A DNA stretch of 64,000 nt from Lingula anatina. Taxonomy: Eukaryota > Animalia > Brachiopoda. The first letter of the stretch is position 1, and each line of letters opens with the position of its first letter. The stretch lies in contig CM120640.1 of the NCBI GenBank assembly GCA_051362555.1, positions 20,956,001 through 21,020,000 of the forward strand. The letters are read 5' to 3'. The notes below the pieces were generated by a model, which did not search any database, had not been told where the DNA came from, and saw nothing but the letters and a program-made list of their open reading frames with translations. Shown here piece after piece: positions 1 to 27,214 of the stretch. A program made the position numbers and the translations under genes.

Positions 1-384
1 CCAAAAATTAGCACAAACAAATATTTTTTTACAGAAAATTCCCATTTTTAGAAAATTTTGGCTTGTTTGACCTTGAAAAAAAGGTCAAAAGTCAAATCCA
101 AGGGCATATTTGGAATCTCCACATATGACTTTCGGTCAGACTTCTGTAGTAATTTTTCCCATAATTCCTTTGGTTTGGGAGATATTTAGCATTGAATTTT
201 CAAAATTTTGACATGGGTGCATTTCAACAAGCGTCACGCCCAGGCCAGTGCACCGACGGAGACAAAAAAACCAGGGTGTTCAAGTTGAGATTATATGTGA
301 CCTAAATCCAAGAGATGGGGACACAGGTCCTTGCGGTCTAGGAGGAGAAGCGGTAACGGTGACTTGTTTCCGGCGCCCGACTGC

Positions 385-454
385 GGAGCCGGCGGAGCTG
401 CAGGAGCCGGCGGAGCCGCAGGAGCCGGCGGAGCCGCAGGAGCCGGCGGAGCTG
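385..454. repeat. GC-rich 18-bp tandem repeat (GGAGCCGGCGGAGCYGCA, about 4 copies)
   Basis: Units visible at 385, 403, 421 and 439; lies in an intron of the poly-RRM gene, probably inside a repeat element. Confidence 0.85.
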
Positions 455-1123
455 TACGAGACGGGTCGGGACTAAAACCATGAGTACCGCCAGCGTACAC
501 GCTGGTGGTACTAATAATACAACTTTATCATAAAACAAATTATTTTATAGCAAATTCCTTTTTCATTTCGTACTAGTACAGAAAGTTTTATTAAATATCT
601 AATCAAAGTATAACCACCTATCCTTCAGGTAAAGGTTGGGTAAACAGATAAACAGGTAAACAGATATTTTATATTTTATTGTGGTGGGTAGTGAGTAGGT
701 GGGTAGTGGTCAAGCAATTGAAAGTGACAAATAATCAAAGGGATATCTGGATAAGCATAAAAATCTGTTTACCCCACCTCTCCCCAGAGATGCACCTTGA
801 TTCAAGACTTAATCAAGGGGTGGGGGGGGGGGGAGAGTAATTAAGCAATTTTAATTTAACTTTTAAAAAAGTAACAGTTATTTTATCAAAGGGTTACCTG
901 GATGAGTGAGATCATCTGTTTACTCCACCTTAACTAGAGATGTACTTTGATCAGATTTTTGATAAAATTTTCTGTACTTGTACTACATGAAAATAATTTG
1001 TTCAATTTAATGAATATTATCTATCCTCGAGATGCATCATCAAACTGAGAAATATTCATAAAATGGATGAAAAGATTTGTACTCTTTACTTTATATTTTG
1101 TATATAAATATATATATTCTTTC

Positions 1124-1219
1124 GGGGGGAATTGTCCTGGGGGGGAATTGTCCAGGGAGGAATTGTCCGGGGGGAATAGTCCGGGGGGGAATTGTCCGGG
1201 GGGGAATTGTCCTGATACC
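1124..1219. repeat. G-rich tandem array (GGGGGGAATTGTCC x6) ending in GATACC; probable subterminal end of a non-autonomous DNA transposon
   Basis: Six 14-16-bp units read directly; the other end of the element was not identified. Confidence 0.7.
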
Positions 1220-1250
1220 CTTTCTTATATGATGCAGAAGAGAAATGTAC

Positions 1251-4200
1251 CTGGAATGTCTTGAAATGTTACTAGCACTGTTCCCATTTCACTACCATAT
1301 GCAATGCTCTCTATATCACAGTTTGTTTTTGCTTCAAGAAAATTTTCTAAAAGTTCATTTGTTATGGTCTCTGCCAGTCCCTTGATGAATATCCTGTGCT
1401 TATCAATTGGGGGTGGAGGTGTAGAGAGAATGGCATGAAGTCTACAGCCTTCCAACTGAAGTCCAACCTCTGACTCTGATTTCTGCAACACCCGATTCAC
1501 AGCTAAAAGGATGGATGATATGAATGGATAAGAAGGATTTAAAAATTTTGTCCAGCTTGCTTGATTCATACATTAATCTTTAATATTGCACTGAGTTTAT
1601 AAATGTCATTTAATTATCACAACCTTAGTTGCAATTAACTAGTACAAATGACCTTAATTCATGACAATAAATCAATTTTCATAACAATTATTAATCAAAG
1701 GAAAATCCATGCCATACTGGGTGTGGTAGTACTAGTGCTGTTGTAAATTTAAGTCAACAACAAAAACAAAGAATACAAGTCGGTCAAAATCACCTTCTGG
1801 CTCTTTAAATGTCACCACTGCTTCTCTAGCTTCATTGTTCACTTCCACATTAAGCACATTCCCTCCTCCAGACCTTTTTCGATTTTCAAAAAACATCTGA
1901 ATGGTGACCTTGCTGGTGGACTTTTTTAATCCTTTGACTCGAATGTTGCTAGAACATGCTTTTTTCTGCACAAGTCTTTCTTTTAAGATGTTTTCATTCT
2001 CTAACAGAACAAAGAAAAGACCAATTGACATCTGTTTAAATGAAGTTCAAAATTGAAGACACTTTTTTTTCATCTTCACTATATTTATCAATATCTAGCA
2101 TAATTCTCCAAATTTTTCTTCTCTTTCTAGTTAATACTAAAGAAAAGATGCCAGCTTTTCATACATTTCATATAAAAACTTCATGCATTAAGTTATGATG
2201 TAGTCCACTTTTTCAAATCACATTCTATATCTAACAAAACAATTAAATTGATGGGATTACCCTCTGGCTCTTCTGTTGGTTGTCCTTCAGTGTGTAAACA
2301 TATCTCCAAGTCTTGGCCTTCCCATATAATTTTTTTAGATTGGTTGTGCATTACCACACTTTCAGCAACTGAAAATGTTAAAATTAAAATGTTAATAAGC
2401 AAATTAGATGTGCAAAAATATCTTTCTGGCACAAATGACCTAATTTCAAAGTTTTATTGATAGCAATATCTTCAATATATAACATCCAAAACTGAAAGAG
2501 GTTAAATAAATAAAAATTACCTGCTGCATCTTCAAATGTGATGAGAATGAAATCCTGCTTGTGCTCTATCAGCTCAACTTTCCCCCCACCTGTTCTTTTC
2601 TTGTTTTCAAACAGCATTTCCAGAGTTTCATTAGAGGTTCCCTTCTTTATCCCTCGTACCTCTATAGTTCTTGAAGGCACTGGGAGACTAACTGACAGTG
2701 ATGCACCTTCTAAACTAAGTCCTTTCCTGTCAAGTACCTGCCTGGCCACTGCACATATTATAATGTGTACACTTTAATAAGTAACAAGCAGTAAATGTGT
2801 GTGATTACAGTGTGTGACAAAAAGCTAAATATCACACTTATTCAAATGCTTATTTTTTGAAATACAAAGTTATCCACCATAATTGCTATTTAAAAGGGAA
2901 ATAAAAAATCATAAATAACCATTGAATAAGGTAATTCCTAATTATATTGATTGACAGGATACATTGTGTAATGAATTATCTATTTATCTATCTATCTATT
3001 CTTTTTCTTTTAAACTCACCATTAGGATCACTGAAAGTGATAGTCACCACACCTGTTGTTGGGGAGCGGATTATTTCTTTTATTTCACCTCCACCTGATT
3101 TTTTTGAATTTTCAAAAAACAGACTTATCATCTCATCTGAAGTTGAACTTTTCACTCCTCTGACTTCTACAGTGGTGAAACTGTCTTCCTCTGGGCTGAT
3201 TTCTTCATGTTGTATATCTGGCTGTGGTCTACTAATCAAGACATCTTCACCATCAACACTAAGCACTTCTCGTGACAGCACTCTGGCAGCAACTATGAAC
3301 AAACAATGTTTCAAAGTTGATAGTCAACACCATATTATGAATTTCACCAATGACTGAAAACTCACTTTGATGATTAATAATAATAAAATAATGTTCATCC
3401 TTTCATTACTAAGTAGTAATTTTGGCTTGACATCAAATAATAATTTTGTATAAAGAAAGAAGTCCTGAAGTAAATAACAATTATCCGGTTTAATACTAAT
3501 AGGGTGAATGCTATGAGCAACATAAAAAAAAAAAAAAAAAAAAAATCTAAAACAATTTTTTATCTAATTATCAGGGTTTTTAATCAACATTTTGAATGTT
3601 ATCTTGCTATTTTTAAGTTTATTAAAAAGAAAATAATCTCAATTTTAGAAAAATATAACTATATTTATATTACATTGCTTATATTCTTGATTTACCCTGG
3701 TAATTAAACCAAATACAATTCATTTACAAATGTATAGTTATAAGTTATCTTTCTAAGTCTTTATCACTGACAGTGAAATTTACTTTAAGAAGAAAATAGA
3801 TCTTTAAAAAAAATGAAATTATGAACAGTTCTTACCTTCTGCGTCCTTGTACACTACAGTCATAACTCCACTACTGGGATCCCTGGACAGAATCTCAATG
3901 TCTCCTCCACCTGTTCTTTTCTCATTCTCAAAGAGCATTTCTACCAGTTCTTGAGAAGTTTCCTTTCTTATGCCTTTCAAAATGACAGTGCGCTGAAAAG
4001 GGGAGTCTCTATCTTCTTGTAAATTTTGAGATGGTCTCTGTACTTTCAGATCCATGTCTTGTAATCTGAAGCTGCCCTTTTCTAACACACTTCTTGCCAC
4101 TGCAAATTATTACAACCAATGATCAAAACAGTATTTTTGAAAGGGGAATGCAATTTTTTAATCACCTTTGAACAAAAATAATTCCTATAAACAAATTTAT

Positions 4201-5980
4201 AGTGACTGACAGTATAGACTGTGTAATGAATTATTGTAACTATATAATTTTAACTCACCATTAGGATCACTGAAAGTGATAGTGACCACACCTGTTGTTG
4301 GGGAGCGGGTTATTTCTTTTATTTCACCTCCACCTGATTTTTTGGAATTTTCAAAAAATAGACTTATCATCTCATCTGAAGTTGAACTTTTCACTCCTCT
4401 GACTTCTACAGTGGTGAAACTGTCTTCCTCTGGGCTGATCTCTTCATGTTGTATATCTGACTGTGGTCTACTAATCAAGACATCTTCACCATCAACACTA
4501 AGCACTTCTCGCGACAGCACTCTGGCAGCAACTATGAACAAACAATGTTTCAAAGTTGATAGTCAACACCATATTATGAATTTCACCAATGACTGAAAAC
4601 TAACTTTGATTAATAATAATAATAATAAAATGTTCATCCTCTCATTACTTAGTAGTAATTTTGGCTTGACATCAAATAATAATTTTGTATAAAGAAAGGA
4701 AGCCCTGAAGTAATTAACATGTAGCAATTATCTGGTTTAATACTAATAGGGTGAATGCTATGTGCAACAAAAAAAAAAAAAAAAAAAAAAAAATCTAAAA
4801 CAATTTTTTATCTAATTATCAGGGTTTTTAATCAACATTTTGAATGTTATCTTGCTATTTTTAAATTTATTAAAAAGAAAATAATCTCAATTTTAGAAAG
4901 ATACAACTATATTTATATTACATTGCTTAAGTTCTTGATTTACCCTGGTAATTAAATCAAATACAATTCATTTACAAATGTATAGTTATAAGTTATCTTT
5001 CTAAGTCTTTATCACTGACAGTGAAATATACTTTAAGAAGAAAATAGATCTTTTTTCAAAAAAAAAAAAAAATGAAATTATGAATAGTTCTTACCTTCTG
5101 CATCCTTGTACACTATAGTCATAACTCCACTACTGGGATCCCTGGACAGAATCTCAATGTCCGCACCACCTGTTCTTTTCTCATTCTCAAAGAGCATTTC
5201 TACCAGTTCTTCAGACATTTCCTTTCTTATGCCTTTCAAAATGACAGTGCGCTGAAAATGGGAGTCTCTATCTTCTTGTAAATTTTGAGCAGTTTTGGAT
5301 GGTCTCTGTACTTTCAGATCCATGTCTTGTAATCTGAAGCAGCCCTTTTCTAACACACTTCTTGCCACTGCAAAATATTACAACAAATAACACAAAATTG
5401 CGAAAGTTTAAGATTTTGGTCATGCATTTTATCAAAGAATTATAAGAAGCCACTACAATAAAATTAAAAGTCTTAGACCAAGCCCATGCTAGCCTTTTAA
5501 AGGAAATTTTATTTTTGAAAAAGTGGACTTTTTGCCAAGACATCTTTGTGTACCTAGATCAAATTTTGCCCAGAGTGGACCTTTTTCAGCAAATAGGCTG
5601 GTTTATTTGCAACTATCAGAAATTCAAATCACATGTCATACCTGCTGGATTCTCATACGTAATCAGAGCAACATTTCTGGAATGATCTCTTTTCAATTGC
5701 CTTATGTCTCCTCCACCAGATTTCTTTTCATTTTCAAAAAACATCTCCAATGCTATGTCAGAGGTCTCTCTCTTTATCCCATGGACTTCAACTGTAGCAT
5801 CTTCTTCTTTCTCATTCCTTGCCCTTGCAACTGACAACTGAGCTTCTTCCAACTGCAATATTCCTTTTCCCAAAACTTGATCCACAACTAAAAACAAAGA
5901 CATGATAATAAAAAAAATTGAGTTATTTTCTGGAAGAATATATATATCATTTCTGTCTATTAAGTTGATTAAAAAACAGT

Positions 5981-6061
<81 letters not shown>

Positions 6062-9000
6062 AACAATTTATGAAAAAAGGACACCACATTTTTAAAATAC
6101 CATGTATACTACAAAGGTTTTTAATCTTACCTGCTTTGTCATGAAAAGTAATGTAAGCCACTCCATTTGCTCGATCAACTTTCAAGGTTTCTATAGAACC
6201 TCCTCCTGAGCGTTTTTCACTTTCAAAGAACATCTCAATTGTGCTGTCCTGAGTGGTATCCCTGAACCCACGTACTTCTATGGTTTTATGGTAATACTCC
6301 TCACTCTCTGCTGTGTATGTAGAAATATCTAGTCTGGCACCATCTAACTCAAGATCACCTCTGCTCAATACTGCCTGTGCATCTATTGAAGAAATATTAT
6401 CTATAATTATTAATGATGCTATTTTAAATAATACATGTTCCAACTTTCTCTCAAGTTCACAACTCTTCATAAAAATTTCATGAGATATTTTAAAGCCAAA
6501 TACATCAGGAAGTTTTTTTCCAAGCTTAAGCATCTGTCACATGGACATGTAAGTAACAAAAGAGTATTTTTTAATTTGAAACAATGGAAATATTTTCATA
6601 TTACATACATAATATATATTATATATACAAAGATAAAAGCTGAAAACAAGATTAATCAAAATAATACTAAAAAGAAAATTCAAGACAGAAACATTTTTGC
6701 GAAATCCCATTCATCGATACCTTTATTAACTTGTACAAAATAAAATTCAAGTAAATACCTTCTGGATATCTGAATGTTATATAAGCAACATCCTTCCTTG
6801 GCATGTCAAAGGACTCAATTTCACCACCTCCAGAGCGTTTTTTACTTTCAAAAAACATCTTGATGATTTCACCATCTGTGCCACAGTTAAACCCCTGAAT
6901 CTGAAGGGTTTTATTCTCTGTTTTTGCTGTTTCTGGCACGGTTTTCACTTTTGTTTTATCCAGTTGGTTTTCTGTCTCAAGCCCAATGTGTAGTGAACCC
7001 TGGGTTACAGTCAAAGCAGCACCATCCAGCTGGTGGGAACTTTTACTGAGAACTCTCTCTGAAACTATATAAAAATAGACTGGTTTCATGCACAATGTTT
7101 GAATTTAAGTTTCACCATTTATTACAACCCAACATATTATTTCCCCTTATTTTTATTTTCAAGGTGCGTGTCAGTACGCTTTTCACAGTATCATACCCCG
7201 GAACAAATTTTGAGATGAGATACACTACTTTCACACACCCCTCAGAACCATCGCTATCACATCCCGTACTAGGCAAGAGCGGTGTTGCATCTGATAGCAG
7301 GTACTGATGTACACCTTGAAAACAGGTAGTCTGATTTACCAGTGAACTCAAGATCATTCGGTGCCAAGTCTGGTAGTTGGGTAGGCCTGATGTTGTATAA
7401 CACAAAATATATACAGACTTCAATTAAAAAATGAAAATGACTCTGTTGTTATATATGATAATTATATTATTTAAAAATTATTTACTTAACAGGCTGTTAA
7501 TAAACTGGATTATAAATGGTATTATTTTTCAGAGTTCCTGAAAACAATTATATAAGTTTCTTCTCAATCCATATAGCATGTCAACAAACAATAATAATTA
7601 AGTTCAATCATACCACTGTGTTCATAGCTGTCATACACATCCTATTAAATAAACTGTTTCTTGGGTAATGGATGGAATTAATCAACATTTCATTAAAATA
7701 TCCTTTAATCAATATTTCACATAACAAAATTAAACAGAAAACAAATACCTGCAGGATCCTTGTACACAAAGCGAGCCACCCTCATCTGTGTGTTGTAATC
7801 AAAACTTTTCATGACTCCACCACCAGAGGGAAATTCATTCTCAAAGTACTGCTTTATAGCATTCCTTGTTGTTTGTGGAGTAAATCCCTGCACTGTTATC
7901 AGACAGTTGTACATCTTGAGGTTCCCTAAAAATACAAACAATATTTATAAAACATGTCATTTCAGTGAACGGTTATTGTGATTTTAATGACTAAAAAATT
8001 TGCCTTTCTTTAAACATTCTATTTAAAGTGGTATTTTATATTTAAATAGGTGATGTTATCATTAATTATCCAGCTCAAAAAGTCACAGTTTTTGCAAGTT
8101 TACAAATATTTCTGTTTTAATTAGGCCAAGTAACAAAGCCAAATGATATAAACTTGCAAGCTCATATTAGTTTTTAAGTATGAAATTATATAATGTTATA
8201 TAATGTCAATGCATGCACCTGTAATGTCTATAGATATTTTTCTGTTTTGCTTAATACTTGTCCAAAAAACATCCATCCATTCACCAGCATGTCAGCTTGT
8301 CCATCAATCCATCCATCAATATGTCTATCCTTACTTATAAACTCATTTTGGCTTTTTTTCATAAGAATAACTGCTGCATTCTTTTAAATATAAATATAAT
8401 AAAAATGTCATGAGTACATGTTACATACCTGGGTCCACTGAATGAGATACAGCTTGATATGGAGGCGGAGGATATGTCGGACTTACAGGTACATTCCAGA
8501 TAGGGACACCTGTAGGACCAGCTGGTGACTGACCATAGCCATGATAACCGTATCCTGGGCTGAAGACAGGTCCTGATTGTGATGGGGTAGGTCCCATGTG
8601 ATATCCCCAAGCACTATGAAAATCTTTAAATGCATGAAATCACCATTAAAAACAATTCTGTTTTACAGAATGAAATGAAAATACAAACTGAAATTTAAAG
8701 CAAAATTGAAAAGAATAAATTAAGATCATACAGACATATAGATCTACAGTACTAGTGTGCATATATGTATGTGAGTGTTTGTGTATTAATAAGAGAGAGA
8801 AAAAGAACAAAGAGAAATGAAAACGAATTATTATAAATTATACACTTATCCGTACTACATGTACATGTACCTCCTGCAGCTGGAGATGCCAAGGTTGGTG
8901 CAGCATAATCAGGCCTCCATGCATACTTTGGTTGAGTTTGAGCAGGATCAAAGGGAGCATTGAAGGAAGCAGGGGTACCTTTTTCTAAGTGAGATGATTG

Positions 9001-10094
9001 ATGTTCCATTTCCTGAAATGAATTATCCATACAACAGGCATGGCAATCCAATGTTTCATGGAAAAATCAAGATATTTTCAAATGCCAATTAGCTGCCTAC
9101 GTACTTACTATTAAAATGAATGAATCTGTAGGACAACTGACTGTCAACATTGTTGACACCAAAAAGAAAAAGATGTACATTAGGCATGAGTAACAGTATG
9201 ATCGCTTACCATTAAAAAACAAAATTGACCCGTACCTTTTTTTCCTCCATTTCCTGGATCATTTTTATTGCCAAATCTTCTGGGCATTCTGACAGACTAG
9301 TAAATAAATGTCTACTCTCCATTGGGTGCTGAAGGTGTCTTTGTGAGATATTCTCTCTCACTGTAATTGAAATAAAAAGAGGGATATATGTACTGTAGGT
9401 ATATGGCAATGTTTTTTTTTTCATCACCTATAGTTACCAGCTAAACAATATGTACTACAGGGAATGGGAATACAAAATGCAGATTAAAAAAATAATTAGT
9501 GAATGTCCCCATCTTGTCCAGAAGATTTAAATCTTTAAAAGAGAATATATCCTCCTCAAAGGAAAAGTTACCATCCTTAGCAATACCTTAAATAGTTTGT
9601 GCTGCATTACCGGGTACTTAGGAATGTAGAGAAAACATTGCCTCGGCATTTGACCTAATACATGTAAAGCTGACTATTATTCGAGGTAATTGTATAAAAC
9701 TGATTCGAACTACATCTACCATTTTGAACAGCGCGTTCACATGTGATATACAACTGTACGCGTGTTTGCTTGTCTGATTCATACACGAAGAAAACGAATT
9801 GCAAAAATACTATGTAATAAATGTGTATTATAGTCTACGAAAACAGCCATTACCATGCTTGTCACTGAATATGACCACTGCCTCTTTCTCTTTAGTACAT
9901 ACAACATGGCGGACTTCACCTCCGCCCAAGCGACGGCATTCTTCCTGAAAAAAATTGAGCAGAGACTTCGGGCTGGTGTCCACGGAAACCCCGCTCACGC
10001 GGAGACAGCATTCAGACACAACCCCAGCGTCAGTATTCGTCTCCATCAGGTCGAATTTTTCATCTTTTTTCACTTTGAGCAAAGATGCTCGCAT
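1251..10094 (-). CDS. Poly-RRM protein, PARP14/PARP10-like N-terminal region (5' part only; gene continues past the left edge)
   Basis: 16 phase-compatible GT-AG exons: 10094 (or ATG 10046)-9854, 9360-9236, 9012-8871, 8623-8429, 7925-7749, 7064-6759, 6382-6131, 5887-5642, 5367-5095, 4531-4259, 4099-3836, 3292-3020, 2748-2521, 2368-2261, 2000-1794, 1502-1251. The recurrent motif T(I/V)EVRG...(M/L)FFE(N/S)xK(R/K)SGGGxI...A(Y/V)ITF is the PARP14/PARP10/NMI-type RRM signature. No catalytic domain lies within the window. Confidence 0.85.
3010..5375. repeat. Recent intragenic tandem duplication of a ~1.25-kb two-exon cassette
   Basis: 3010-4105 and 4250-5375 are near-identical, including intron sequence; exon pairs 3292-3020/4531-4259 and 4099-3836/5367-5095. 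Confidence 0.92.
5984..6060. repeat. (TC)n(TA)n compound microsatellite
   Basis: Read directly. Confidence 0.95.
7157..7322. mobile_element. Short MITE-like element
   Basis: Imperfect terminal inverted repeats TTTCAAGGTGCGTGTCAGTAC / GTACTGATGTACACCTTGAAAA; absent at the paralogous site near 32150. Confidence 0.6.
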
Positions 10095-10352
10095 TACACG
10101 TAAGAAAAATTCCCAAAAATTTTACCCAGCGTGTACTTTCGATTTGTGCAGTCACGAGGCTGATAAAACCGGGGATTCCCCTGGTGACGTCAATTTCTAC
10201 CATACTTTAACCAATGAGCAAAGCGAACGAAACGTCATCGCTTGTTATAACTTTTATTTGTAATTTGCGGAGTTTCCAGTTAGTGTCAATTTGCTCCAGC
10301 TGGAATAGAATTTGAGAAGATTTCCAGAGACCATTGAGAAAGGACAGTCTAG
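10095..10352. promoter_or_regulatory. Bidirectional promoter with NF-kB, CRE, CCAAT and IRF-like motifs, plus non-coding exon 1 of the plus-strand gene
   Basis: GGGGATTCCCC 10171-10181; TGACGTCA 10185-10192; AACCAATGAG 10209-10218; IRF-like CAAATCGAAAGT (minus) 10135-10146 and AAAGCGAACGAAAC 10220-10233; Rel-like GGGAATTTTTC (minus) 10104-10114 and CGGAGTTTCC 10268-10277. Locally CpG-enriched. Splice donor AG|GTATGT at 10352/10353 is conserved in copy 2. Confidence 0.75.
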
Positions 10353-10765
10353 GTATGTTGTTGCTGTATTTATTAGTTGAATTTAGGGAGCTGTATTTGA
10401 AAAAATCCTACTTTATTTCTTTTATTTGGAATATCCAGGGTATCATGCAATCACCTGACGTGACGGCAAACAGAAAGTCAAACTGGCCACCATATTATCC
10501 CTTATGAAATGGGCTACGAAAGTTAAGAGGGTTCTGCACCAGTCAGAATTATCAGAATTATAAGGTTGGAGAAAGTTATTGTAGCGAGGGTCCTAGTAGT
10601 TGCAGTACTTGCTGTTGGGGAAGGGGGGTGGGGTGGATATACAAAGTTTAAGTTTCATAATGTGAATATGCTTTTCAATACGTGATGGCTCTTGTGCCAT
10701 GTACAGTTTTGCATGCCAAGGCTTTATTAAAACAAATTGTGTTTTTATGTATTTTAGAAGAAAGA

Positions 10766-27214
<16,449 letters not shown>

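Noticed and set aside
248-538. Short ORFs with PAEPQE / APPAPA repeats
   Set aside because: Produced by an 18-bp GC-rich tandem repeat that is open in several frames; no convincing splice context.
8429-8613. Acceptor at 8613 for RRM-gene exon 4
   Set aside because: Phase mismatch leads to a stop; the AG 10 nt upstream (exon start 8623) gives a 195-nt in-frame exon.
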